From an uncultured delta proteobacterium (GTDB taxonomy: Bacteria; Desulfobacterota; Desulfobacteria; Desulfobacterales; JAFDCJ01): 64,000 bases of DNA. Shown one piece after another: positions 52,317 through 62,055 of this stretch. The stretch covers positions 288,001 through 352,000 of the forward strand of contig CAVYNY010000016.1 in NCBI GenBank assembly GCA_963769935.1, in the 5' to 3' direction. The notes under the pieces are model-generated. The model saw only the letters and a list, made by a program, of their open reading frames with translations, was not told where the DNA came from and did no database searches. How positions within the stretch are numbered: position 1 is the stretch's first letter; the number at the start of each line of letters is the position of its first letter. The position numbers were made by a program, and so were the translations under genes.

Positions 52317-53138
52317 TCAGCGACGGCTGAGGACAAATTCAAGCACCGTCTGGTTGAACTTCTCCGGCTCTTCATAGAACGGCATGTGCCCGCTGTGTTC
52401 AAAGAACACTGTTTTGGCACCTGCGATCTTTTCGCCCACATACGCGCTGCCCTGCCACGGGAACACCTTCGACTGCCGCCCCACGCACACCAGCACCGGC
52501 AATTTGACCTGCGGGAACAGATCACGCCAATCCAAATGCGTGTGGTCGGCCATGATGTCGGCCCGCACTTTGGGCGGGCATTTGTCGATCTCCCGGGCAA
52601 GTGATTCGACTTCTTCAGTTGTCGGCTGATAGGTCCCGCCGAAACACCCGGTTACCAGTCCCCGGGCCACGCCTCCCGCGTCATATTCCAGCCGGACGGT
52701 GAGCACGGACAGGGCCTCGGCGTCATAGCAGCCCGGCTGCCCCCAGCGCCATGTTTCGTTGTAGTACTGCCGCGGCGACTGATCCACACTCACGTGCCCC
52801 GCGAGGTGTTCGTTCCCAAAAAGATCCAGGTAACTCCAGATAATGCCCGCCCCCATGGACCATCCCAGCACCGTGACCCGTTCCAGACCCAGGGCCTCAA
52901 TGAGATCCCTGACATCTTTGGCATAGCGCGCGATGCGATGTCCCCAGGTCACTTTCTCTGAGTCGCCGTGTGCACGCATGTCCGGGGCGATGACGCGGCA
53001 GGACTGCGCCAGGGGGGCAATATTTTTCCGGAAGAAGTTATGGGTACATGTCCACCCGGGGATCAAGATAAGCGGTGGACCTTCGCCGAAATCCTCATAA
53101 TAGAGTTGGACCCCATCATTGGTTGTGATAGTCGGCAT
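52317..53138 (-). CDS. Alpha/beta hydrolase (non-heme haloperoxidase-like)
   Basis: LYYEDFGEG, DMRAHGDS, GWSMG, SGHMPFYEEP. Confidence 0.92.
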   Translation of the reverse strand: MPTITTNDGVQLYYEDFGEGPPLILIPGWTCTHNFFRKNIAPLAQSCRVIAPDMRAHGDSEKVTWGHRIARYAKDVRDLIEALGLERVTVLGWSMGAGIIWSYLDLFGNEHLAGHVSVDQSPRQYYNETWRWGQPGCYDAEALSVLTVRLEYDAGGVARGLVTGCFGGTYQPTTEEVESLAREIDKCPPKVRADIMADHTHLDWRDLFPQVKLPVLVCVGRQSKVFPWQGSAYVGEKIAGAKTVFFEHSGHMPFYEEPEKFNQTVLEFVLSRR

Positions 53139-53331
53139 AACAATACGCTCCTTTCTGAAGTATACTGAAAACCGCGCCGAGCGCGAAACTGAGAGGCCGG
53201 GCGGGGGGCTAAAAATTAAATGATTTCAAATGCCCCAGCTTGCAAGGCTATAGAGCACCTTCATATTCGATTCGCCAGGCACGTTTCATGGAGCTTTTTT
53301 AACAAAACCCAGATAAACATGTCAATCCTTA

Positions 53332-53487
53332 GGGTTCACGAAAAAATTAATTCACAATTTTAGGCGTTGCGGCGCCCGGCTGGCAAGGCGTGAAAACGCA
53401 GGAACATCTGGATATTCCGAGCTTTCGCAACGCCGCCAAGCGGGATGCAGCGGCATATAAAATGTGAAGTTATTTCTGAGTGAGCCC
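53332..53487. mobile_element. MITE copy 3 (156 bp)
   Basis: Same termini as copies 1 and 2, TTA on both flanks. Confidence 0.85.
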
Positions 53488-53505
53488 TTACTCACAAACC
53501 AAGAT

Positions 53506-53533
53506 TTGACAACCGTTTTTTACGATTTACAAT
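53506..53533 (+). promoter_or_regulatory. Sigma70-type promoter
   Basis: TTGACA-N16-TACAAT. Confidence 0.65.
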
Positions 53534-53536
53534 CTT

Positions 53537-53775
53537 ACGGGCGGGATGGCTTCGTTGGGCGTGCCCGCGGCCGCGGGAGCCGAATACGCCTGCAATGACT
53601 TGAAAGCAACGACAATCCTGCCTTATGGATGACGAAGGAAAAAGTGGGTCTCAACTTTTGTCCTTCGTCATCGGTCGCCCGTTCCGCACGCCGGGTGGGG
53701 ACAATGCACCTGCAGGGTGAAACGCGGACCGAATGTCAATGATACTCGAATTTAATGAAAGGCAGGGTGTTGCAG
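53537..53775 (+). ncRNA. Candidate structured 5' leader or ncRNA, family unassigned
   Basis: Nested stems start at the predicted transcription start; competing long-range pairings; lies upstream of the amidohydrolase. Confidence 0.4.
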
Positions 53776-53809
53776 CGGTAAGCGATCGCGAATGTCCCTG
53801 AACAGATAA

Positions 53810-54943
53810 ATGGCCATCGATTTTTCTGATATTCCGATTTTGGACCAGCATGCCCACTCGCTTCTGCGCCAACCACCGGCCGAGCTGCGTGATTGGCTGC
53901 AGTTTTTTACCGAAAGCGCCGATCCCGATATTATTTCCCATCACGTGCCCCACACACTGTTCTTCCAATTTGCCGTCAAGGCACTGGCCGGATTGCTGGG
54001 TTGCGAGCCGAAGCCGGAATCGGTTCTGGCGGAGCGTGACAAGCTGGGCCAGCAAGGCTGGGCCGAGCGCGTGATTCGAGATGCCAACATCACCGGCATG
54101 CTGATGGATTACGGCTTCCAAAGTGAAGGAAGCTATACGCACAAAGAACTTACCAAATTGCTCCCCTGCCGGGTTGAGCCGATTTTACGCTTGGAGACGT
54201 TGGCCCAGAAACTGATTTTGCAGTACGAAACATGGGACCAGGTGCTCGATGCATTTATCGCTGAGGTCGAAGGCGCGAAAAAGGCCGGCTATGTTGCGCT
54301 CAAGAGCATCATCGCCTACCGTACCGGCCTGAACATCCGTGAGTGGCCGCGCAGTGAAGTTAAGGCCGCCTTTGGGCAGACAAAGGAGTTGGCCCGGCGC
54401 CAGGGCCAAATTCGCCTGGCGACCCAGCCGCTCAACGACACCCTTGTCATTCACGCGCTGGACATATCCGAAAGCCAGGGTTTGCCGTTCCAGTTTCATA
54501 CGGGTTTCGGCGACGCGGACGTCGACTTGCGCCTGGCCAATCCGCTCAACTTTCGGCCTTTGCTTCAAAGCGCCAAATACACGCATGTGCCCTGGGTGCT
54601 TTTGCATCAGGGATACCCCTATGTCCGCGAGGCCGGCTATCTGGCCGGCATCTATGCAAATGTCTACACTGACTTATCGCTGGCAATCCCTTTTGCGGTG
54701 AGCGAGACCGACATGCTGCTGACCCAGCTCCTGGGTTTGGCGCCGACCAGCAAACTGCTGTATGCCTCTGACGGTTTCAGCGTGCCTGAGCTATTCTGGC
54801 TGGGGGCTAAAGCGGCCCGCGCCGGGCTGGAACGCGTGCTCGGTCTTCAAGTTGACAACGGGGTGCTCAGCGTCGGTGAAGCATATACGACGGCCGAGCA
54901 AATATTGTTCCGAAACAGTGAACGGCTCTATCTTCTGAAATAA
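53810..54943 (+). CDS. Amidohydrolase family protein (FluG N-terminal-like)
   Basis: LDQHAH, LKSIIAYRTGL, QFHTGFGD, LLHQGYPY, YASDG. Confidence 0.9.
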   Translation: MAIDFSDIPILDQHAHSLLRQPPAELRDWLQFFTESADPDIISHHVPHTLFFQFAVKALAGLLGCEPKPESVLAERDKLGQQGWAERVIRDANITGMLMDYGFQSEGSYTHKELTKLLPCRVEPILRLETLAQKLILQYETWDQVLDAFIAEVEGAKKAGYVALKSIIAYRTGLNIREWPRSEVKAAFGQTKELARRQGQIRLATQPLNDTLVIHALDISESQGLPFQFHTGFGDADVDLRLANPLNFRPLLQSAKYTHVPWVLLHQGYPYVREAGYLAGIYANVYTDLSLAIPFAVSETDMLLTQLLGLAPTSKLLYASDGFSVPELFWLGAKAARAGLERVLGLQVDNGVLSVGEAYTTAEQILFRNSERLYLLK

Positions 54944-55189
54944 TCTTTCCGATCATTACCTCACGGGGTAATAAGTAGGATTCATGGATCACTATCCCAC
55001 AATTGGGAATTAGTTTTGGGCAATCTTTTCCCAAACAAGCTGCACCAGATCTTCTCCACCCCCTCCGGCATAAGCACGCACAAGGTACTGTTTCACCATC
55101 CTCGTCGAGTTGAAATAAGATGCATTGACGGCTATCGTGCTTCTCATAACCTGAAGATAACCCGGCGGGTTGTTGTAAAGTAAAGATCC

Positions 55190-55475
55190 GGGTCCAGAGG
55201 CCCCGCCGAAGGCGGGGTTTGACTACACCCCGGAGGGGTGGTGTTGGCCGTTCGAGAACCCATGGAATAATGGAATACTGGGGATCAAAAGCGGCTGCTG
55301 GACTGATTTTATTTTCTGGTCTTTGCCAGCCACATAAAAAAGATCTAATTCCGCCAAACCCAGTATTCCAACATTCCAATATTCCATCACTCCACGGCTT
55401 ACGTAACGGCCAAGCCAATTTCCTATGACCTGGCCCGGCTTCCGGCCCGTAGGGCCTACAGCCCGGAGGGAGAAC
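55190..55475. repeat. Intergenic palindromic repeat patch
   Basis: ggaataatggaatactggg / cccagtattccaacattccaatattcc arms and ccccgcc-gaa-ggcgggg hairpin. Confidence 0.6.
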
Positions 55476-55984
55476 CAGGTTTTCAATGTTAGAATAACAC
55501 CAATCCACCCCCATCCACTCGATAAAAATCCGTATTTTCGAAAGTAAGGACGAGAAGAAACTGCCTCAATCCAAGCCTAATCAAAAATATGGTACTATTT
55601 GTCATCAGTAACGACTCATTACAAAAAAACAAATAGACAAAAATATGTATTTTGGCTTTTTTTTTAGCGTATGCGCGAATTTAGGCGACCTATTGAAAAT
55701 TCCTGCTGGATGTGAGTTGAAAACCGCAGATTCAATGAGGATATCTGGTTTAATCTTTAACTGAATATTCACTTATACAGTCCCGCAGAGTAGGGTTATT
55801 TTCTCATATAAATAGGTGATTGACCCTATTTTCTTAAGGCCATTAAAGAATTATCATACATACAAATGCCGTTAAGGCCGCATTTTTTTCAACCCAGCGC
55901 TGACAGTGTGTGCATTTAACTCTGATTGTACCAATGGTTCCAATCAACAATCAGAATTCACATCTAATCCCAATTTTTAATCTG

Positions 55985-56287
55985 CTGCAGCAAAAAGAAG
56001 AATATCAGAAGAAGATGGAAGCCAAACTGCAAAAATTTGACCAAGATATACAGCAACTACAGGACAAGGTTCAATCCAAAGCGTCCGACCTGAAAGAGGA
56101 AAGCAAAGCGAAATTTAATCAGGCCTTGGAAGAGTTACAGAAAAAAAAGCAGGAGGTCTCTGATAAGTTGACGGAACTTAAGTCTGCAACCGGCAAAGCG
56201 TGGGATGACACGAAGGCCGGTGTGGATTCGGCCATGGACGAGTTGGGCAAAGCATACAACCAGGCACGTTCGCACTTTGAATCATGA
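55985..56287 (+). pseudogene. Coiled-coil stress-protein-like ORF, probably 5' truncated
   Basis: KEEYQKKMEAKL..LKSATGKAWDDTKAGVDSAMDEL; no clear start or RBS. Confidence 0.55.
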
Positions 56288-56403
56288 AAGCAAAGGAAAA
56301 CTGACACCATTCATAGCTTCAAATTTTCTTATACCTGAAATTGACTATTTCGCTTTAAGTGAATTTCATTGAGGCATCTGTTCTTCTATTCGGCCAATTT
56401 AAT

Positions 56404-57816
56404 ATGAACCGGTCCTGGATTAGTATCATTTGCAAGCTGCTTGTCATCCTTAATTCAGGAATTTTCTTTGCATTCATCAGCGGTTGTGGTCCTTCGCTGC
56501 CGCCTATCGACGATGTCATCCTTGAGGCATCAGAATCAAACAGATTTCCTGAAATCATAGGTCCTCAGGGCCCTCTGCCGAACTTCGAAGCTAAAGCGAT
56601 CATCAAAACGCTCGAACAAAAGACTTGGTGGAGCGACATTTTACGGCGACAAATTTCGCTGGCCGAATTGATCGGGGGGTCACCCTTATCAGCCGGCAAC
56701 AAAGCCACCTTGCTGGTGGACACTTCCTCCACCTATGCCGCCATGCGAGAGATAATTCGAAACGCGAAGGATCATATCAACTTTGAAACTTATATTTTTG
56801 ATAACGGTGAAACCGGCCGGGAGTTAGCCGATTTGTTGCTTGAAAAACAGGCCGCGGGAGTGCAGGTCAACCTCATTTATGACAGCTTTGGCTGTTTAAG
56901 CACTCCGGCAGCCTTCTTTCAGCGCCTTCGCGACGGTGGTGTAAAGACCCTCGAGTTCAATCCAATCAATCCTTTGGCAAGGTCGCGCGGCAGCGATTAC
57001 CCCCTTGAGAGAGATCACCGCAAGATCCTGATAGTCGACGGTTCAATCGCAATAACCGGCGGCGTAAACATCGGTTCCCGTGTCTCTGAAAGTCTGCAGG
57101 GTGAATATCCACAAGAAGTTAAGCGCAGACCGTGGCGGGATACCGATGTTCAAATTGAAGGTCCGGCCGTAGCCGAGTTTCAGCGGCTTTTCCTGCACAC
57201 GTGGGCAAGACACGATGGACCTCCGCTTGCGCCGAGCAAATTTTTCCCTCCCCTTAAGAAAAGCGGAGATCAACTGGTAAGAGTTGTAGGCAGCAGTCCG
57301 GGCGAGAAAAACCGACTCACATACATGATGTATGCCGGTGCCGTCACCTTTGCTGAAAGTTCCGTCCACATCACCGCTGCTTACTTTGTGCCAGACAAAG
57401 AGGTTGTCCGGGCGCTCACCGAGGCCGCTGCGCGCGGTGTAGACGTGAAGCTTATCCTGCCGTCAACCAGCGATCATTCTTTAGTTTTCAGCGCCGGCCG
57501 ATCTTATTATACCCAGCTGCTGAAATCGGGGATTAGGTTGTATGAGCGCCGCAACAGGCTGCTGCATGCCAAGACCGCGGTTATAGACGGGGTCTGGTCT
57601 ACGGTTGGATCAACCAACATGGACCTGTGGAGTTTTTTGAGAAATGACGAGGTCAACGCGGTGATTCTCGGCAGGGGTTTTGCAACCCAAATGGAAGCGA
57701 TGTTTGCAAACGACTTGGAAAAATCGAATCAGATTACTCTGGACAAATGGGAAAAGCGTCCATTGACAGACCGTATCGCGGAGTGGTTTGGGCGTCTTTT
57801 CGCTTATTGGTTCTAA
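56404..57816 (+). CDS. cls: Cardiolipin synthase (PLD family)
   Basis: Two HKD motifs RDHRKILIVDG and LHAKTAVIDG, WRDT, GSTNMD. Confidence 0.9.
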   Translation: MNRSWISIICKLLVILNSGIFFAFISGCGPSLPPIDDVILEASESNRFPEIIGPQGPLPNFEAKAIIKTLEQKTWWSDILRRQISLAELIGGSPLSAGNKATLLVDTSSTYAAMREIIRNAKDHINFETYIFDNGETGRELADLLLEKQAAGVQVNLIYDSFGCLSTPAAFFQRLRDGGVKTLEFNPINPLARSRGSDYPLERDHRKILIVDGSIAITGGVNIGSRVSESLQGEYPQEVKRRPWRDTDVQIEGPAVAEFQRLFLHTWARHDGPPLAPSKFFPPLKKSGDQLVRVVGSSPGEKNRLTYMMYAGAVTFAESSVHITAAYFVPDKEVVRALTEAAARGVDVKLILPSTSDHSLVFSAGRSYYTQLLKSGIRLYERRNRLLHAKTAVIDGVWSTVGSTNMDLWSFLRNDEVNAVILGRGFATQMEAMFANDLEKSNQITLDKWEKRPLTDRIAEWFGRLFAYWF

Positions 57817-57865
57817 AATTCATAATATTGCGCTTGTTGAATGCCAAATAAAAATTGTCTATATC

Positions 57866-57927
57866 GGCCTATTTTAGAGGGCCGAATTGGCAATTGTTCG
57901 TTCCATATCAAATACTTCGCGTGACCC
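57866..57927. repeat. Dispersed ~60 bp repeat, copy 2
   Basis: Similar to 49866-49927. Confidence 0.7.
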
Positions 57928-58070
57928 GACCCTCGAACCTCTCTTTTCACTTTTAATTTGCAGCTATCACACCGGGCTTTGCGATACAATCAAATAGATT
58001 GAATATCAAGTCTCTGCTTGACTCGGAGTTGCCGAAGGATTCCGGATGGCAAGCGGGCCGCGGTTGCTGT

Positions 58071-58511
58071 CTATGATCCAAGCAAACACTTCTCTGACCT
58101 GTTGTGTCCCTCATAATACCGCGCTTCAATGAGGTTTCTTTGCGGGTCTCGAAAATAAATGGAAGTCCCGGTACCGTGTGCACCCCATCGTGGAACAGGC
58201 CCTTCCTCTATATCAACATTGTTGGCCTTGAGTCGCTCTCGTAGTTCCTCCCATGTCTCTTTACTCAGAGCAATACAGAAATGATTTAAATTGTCACGGC
58301 CCTTCCCGGTCGTCGAGCTTTTCTGCCATAACTTTTTCGGAAACAGGTCTATAATCGTATCTGAATTCAGTCGCACAGACGGAAATGGTACTTTCCCTGC
58401 GCGGTACTCCTTCAATCGCTCAGAAGCAAGCATCAATACTTTCGAATAGAAAGCAATCATCTTTTCATCGTCTTCCATATTCAAAACTATGTGATCCATT
58501 AAACATTGCAT
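58071..58511 (-). CDS. VOC/glyoxalase family protein
   Basis: MDHIVLN..FYSKVL, NHFCI, SIYFRDPQRNLIE. Confidence 0.88.
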   Translation of the reverse strand: MQCLMDHIVLNMEDDEKMIAFYSKVLMLASERLKEYRAGKVPFPSVRLNSDTIIDLFPKKLWQKSSTTGKGRDNLNHFCIALSKETWEELRERLKANNVDIEEGPVPRWGAHGTGTSIYFRDPQRNLIEARYYEGHNRSEKCLLGS

Positions 58512-58520
58512 AGTCAGTCC

Positions 58521-58629
58521 CTCCAATATTTTCCGCCAGTAAGCAGCGGCCCGAATTAATTCCAAATCTGCAATGCCTTTGCGTAAAACCGCTACCTATA
58601 CGCCGTCTGCACCAGTGGCCTTGTTATGT
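58521..58629 (-). other. Degenerate attC-like site upstream of the VOC gene
   Basis: gcag-cggc / gccg-t-ctgc and gcca/tggc stems; minus-strand start ACATAAC-AAGGC. Confidence 0.5.
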
Positions 58630-58649
58630 TCTCCACCATCCCATCTTTT

Positions 58650-58796
58650 GTGATATGCTTTCGGACAGGATACCGCCGAGTCGATCTAAAAAATCATCAC
58701 GGGCGGGGTCAACGAAAAAAACTTTCTTCGATTAATTGCCCTCACAATGATATGATGCAGCGCTCCGCGAGCTTCTGTGTGGGCTTTTCGAAGCAT
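58650..58796 (-). mobile_element. REP-associated tyrosine transposase (RAYT/Y1) N-terminal remnant
   Basis: Minus-strand translation MLRKAHTEARGALHHIIVRAINRRKFF, frameshift, then RDDFLDRLGGILSES. Confidence 0.7.
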
Positions 58797-58966
58797 GTCA
58801 ACCAGGTATCAAATAAATCCGAATTGGTAATCCGTAAATCCGAGGAACGTCCCCGATAGCTCCTCGATAGCTCCTAATTTACCCTCTGTACCCTGCAAAT
58901 TTCTACTTGCAGGGTGACTCTGACCTCCCCAGCACACAAGCTTTACCCATATGCACAACCGGACTT

Positions 58967-59023
58967 CTTGAACAATGGATTGAAAACGACCTTGCAGGTC
59001 GTGTCAATCCCTATGGGTTAGGC
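58967..59023. other. attC site of the first cassette
   Basis: AAC..GGATTGA..CGACC-TTGCA-GGTCG..TCAATCC..GTTAGGC; core site overlaps the cassette stop codon. Confidence 0.7.
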
Positions 59024-59494
59024 AACACTCGGTGCGCCGAGTACGGCGGCCTGGTACTGGCTGAGAAGCTGGGGGTCATCTATGGAGCCATGGTGATGCA
59101 CCTGGCGCCACGAGCCATTGACCTTCGAGAAGATGCGAGAGGTGCGAATGGCCAGGGGCAGATCGAGGCTCTGGACGCGGAAGTGACCGCGCTCGCGGCC
59201 AACCGCATAGAACATTTCGGGCGACTCATGGATGGTGTAGTCCCAGAACTCGACGTAGACCTGTGCCGAACCCGTGAAGAGGCGCTCGTAGACGGGACGG
59301 ATAGAGTCCCAGCCGCGCTTGATGCCACCGAGTGGGTTGTCCATGGCAATGTCCTCGGAAGAGGCCCAGTTCGCTGCCATAAGCGACATATCCCGGCCGT
59401 TGAAGGCACGGTAGAACTGAACGAGAGCCAGATAGGATGACGGCTGGCCGGCGTCGGGTTCTGTGCCGGTGATCGCTGACTGGATGGTATTCAT
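59018..59494 (-). CDS. SnoaL/NTF2-like protein, integron gene cassette
   Basis: FYRAFN..NPLGGIKRGW..WRQVHHHGS; bounded by perfect inverted GTTAGGCAACAC at 59017-59028 and 59505-59516. Confidence 0.88.
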   Translation of the reverse strand: MNTIQSAITGTEPDAGQPSSYLALVQFYRAFNGRDMSLMAANWASSEDIAMDNPLGGIKRGWDSIRPVYERLFTGSAQVYVEFWDYTIHESPEMFYAVGRERGHFRVQSLDLPLAIRTSRIFSKVNGSWRQVHHHGSIDDPQLLSQYQAAVLGAPSVA

Positions 59495-59504
59495 GAGGTC
59501 TCCT

Positions 59505-59530
59505 GTGTTGCCTAACAAGTGATTAAGTGG
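59505..59530 (-). other. Putative attI site
   Basis: Minus strand CTTAATCACTT-GTTAGGC between the divergent intI and the first cassette. Confidence 0.6.
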
Positions 59531-59676
59531 TTTCCGTTTATCATGCGAAAGTTGAATAAACCTGTTGTTTAATTCCAATATTTAAAAATAATTGACAACG
59601 AATATTTGAATTATAGCAGTTTTCTAACTGTTTAACACTCTATAAATCACATTAAACGGAGGCTGGATAAGTACCA

Positions 59677-60532
59677 ATGAGAAAATTGCCTGCCGAACTG
59701 TTATCATCCTACAAAGTCTTGTTAGTTTCAAAAAATATTCCTGAAGGATATCACGCCCATTATCTGAAATGGCTGCGATACTATTTGGATTTTTGTAATA
59801 AATATCAATTCAACGAATCCAATCCGAAAAGCCTCCCGGATTTTATCGGGAAATTAAACAGAAAAAAGGCAATCTGCCGCTCAACAAAAACAGGCCGATT
59901 TGGCGGTCCGTTTTTATTACGAAATAATTCAGGCAGAACATGATGAATCCCGGGAAAAATCTAACCGAAAACCGGAATCTCCTTTAATCATTAAAGAAAA
60001 TCCAAAATCTTTCCAGCCGCTTTCTTTTAAAGCCAAATTTAAGCCAAGTTCAAGCAAGCAAGCTCCAGAGAAGAAAATTGCAGCTTATAAAAATCTTAAT
60101 GAAAAATGGAACGTCACCCTAAACGACCTGGCCAATGAAATAAAGGTCAGGCACTATTCACCAAAGACGCTGAAATCCTATTCCACAAAAAAGTACAAAA
60201 ACTGCGCCAAAGAGTTTGTTTGGCAGTGGTTTTTTCCTGCCAAAACGCTCACATTTGTTCCCGAGACCAGGGAATACCGCCGATATCATCTCCACGAAAC
60301 TCACGTTCAAAAAGCTATCAAGCGGGCGGTCAACAAAGCCAAAATCCCCAAACGGGCCACGTCTCATACCTTCCGCCACAGTTACGCCAGCCATTTGCTG
60401 CAGGCCAACTACGACATCCGCACGATACAGGAGCTGCTAGGCCACAGCGATGTCAGAACCACCATGATTTATACCCATACCGTCAAAAGCGTCACCATCA
60501 AAGAGGCCAGAAGCCCGCTGGATTTCGAGTGA
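59677..60532 (+). pseudogene. intI: Integron integrase, frameshifted and internally deleted
   Basis: [11 protein letters not shown] joined to the IntI-specific insert [38 protein letters not shown]; box I Arg region absent; frameshift at about 59860. Confidence 0.9.
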
Positions 60533-61301
60533 TTTCATGAACCGGTATTAACGCCCTGCTGGCTGGATTCTGGTTAATGGTTTGGGAATGCCAGCTTGAT
60601 GTTCAACGAGATTCAGAGGCGGTTTTTTATCGCTTCAAAAACAATCATCCCGAATTCCAGAGATCGCTTTCTATGTAACTTTTTTCGTAAAATTTTTCAA
60701 TATTACAGCTACTTGCCCGAAATCGGCAATGTAAACAGGGTAAGGAACCGGGGAAAAAATACACGCATCCGCTCGTCTGGAGTTCCATTCCAATGCCATG
60801 CTGGGGGCCCACCCAAATCCATTATCTAAGCGCGTGTATTTTTTATGTAAAACTGCTTTGCAGTTTTATTTCGGGGTGAGAATTTTAGACTTGTTTTTTA
60901 ATAATAGCCGAAAAAATGTTAGATGTAAATCCGCATTTATACTCATAATCAAATGCGTATTAATACCTAACGATTGAGTAGAAATACCTAATCTCGAGAA
61001 GGCTAAAGGTTAAAGGAGAAAGGTTAAAGGATAAGGTGCTGCTTGAATCGGGGAGGCGGTGAAACGGAGAATCGGGGAAACGGCGAAAAGAAAGAAGGTG
61101 AGAAGATCAGAAGCCCAGATTAAGAAACTGGGAAACGGCGGGAAAGAAAGAAGGTGGGAGACGAATAGAGGGCCAGAAGGTGAGAGGGTGCGAGGGTGGG
61201 AAAGGGATAGAAGATCAGAAGCTGAGAAGATCAGATTAAAAAACGGTATTGAAAGGATACAATGGAGAAACGGAGAGTGGTGGTGAGTTTTTCTCAATTT
61301 A

Positions 61302-61344
61302 TTGACATCATCCAGCTGCATGATATATATTTTGGTATCTATCA
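61302..61344 (+). promoter_or_regulatory. vapBC promoter with operator-like inverted repeat
   Basis: TTGACA at 61302; TGATATATA-N6-TATCTATCA overlapping the -10 region. Confidence 0.6.
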
Positions 61345-61364
61345 AAATCAACCGGAGGTGTCCC

Positions 61365-61595
61365 ATGCAAACTGCAAAATTATTCATTAATGGCCGCAGC
61401 CAGGCTGTAAGACTGCCAAAAGATTTCAGGTTCTCCGGCAATGACGTTTTTATAAAAAAAATCGGAAAGATGGTCGTCCTTTTCCCAAAAGAAGACCCCT
61501 GGTCCTCATTGGTCAATAGCCTTGATCAGTTTACCGAAGACTTTATGAACGACAGAAATCAACCTAATCAGGATTCTCGGGAAAATTTCCGATGA
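61365..61595 (+). CDS. vapB: VapB antitoxin (AbrB/SpoVT type)
   Basis: TAKLFINGRSQAVRLPKDFRF; GGAGG RBS. Confidence 0.93.
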   Translation: MQTAKLFINGRSQAVRLPKDFRFSGNDVFIKKIGKMVVLFPKEDPWSSLVNSLDQFTEDFMNDRNQPNQDSRENFR

Positions 61596-62053
61596 AATTC
61601 ATGCTTGATACAAATATTTGCATTTATATCATAAAGCGAAAACCACCTGTTGTAATAGAACATTTCAGGCAAACTAAAATTTCTCAAATCGGCGTCTCTG
61701 CGATTACACTCAGCGAACTTTCATATGGTGTTTCGAAGAGTTCAAAGCCGGGACAGAATCAAGTGGCTTTGGCTCAGTTCATTGCGCCGCTTGAGATCTT
61801 GCCCTATGGCGATGATGCCGCTCAATATTACGGCAATCTTAGAACTCATTTGGAAAAACAAGGAACGACCATTGGTTCTCTTGATATGCTAATCGCCGCT
61901 CATGCTCTTTCAATTGGCTGTACCCTAGTTACCAACAATGTGAAAGAATTTGTCCGAATACCGAATTTAAAGGTCGAAAACTGGGTGAAGGATAGAAACG
62001 GACGCACACCTCGGCGCTTAGCGCAAACCGCGCAAATTCTCCCGTCTGGATGA
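61592..62053 (+). CDS. vapC: VapC PIN-domain toxin
   Basis: MLDTNICIY, ELSYG, DMLIAAHA, LVTNNVKEF, ENW; ATGA overlap with vapB. Confidence 0.94.
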   Translation: MKFMLDTNICIYIIKRKPPVVIEHFRQTKISQIGVSAITLSELSYGVSKSSKPGQNQVALAQFIAPLEILPYGDDAAQYYGNLRTHLEKQGTTIGSLDMLIAAHALSIGCTLVTNNVKEFVRIPNLKVENWVKDRNGRTPRRLAQTAQILPSG

Positions 62054-62055
62054 GT

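Noticed and set aside
53730..53760. T-box, 6S or SRP identity for the structured leader
   Set aside because: Nearby AGGGTGAAACGCGG lacks the TGGN bulge; SRP and 6S signature motifs are not convincingly present
54867..55514. 215-aa minus-strand ORF
   Set aside because: Mostly translation of palindromic repeats and antisense overlap with the amidohydrolase
61010..61290. ORFs 61059..61286 (+) and 61010..61516 (-)
   Set aside because: Purine-rich low-complexity intergenic sequence; translations are not protein-like
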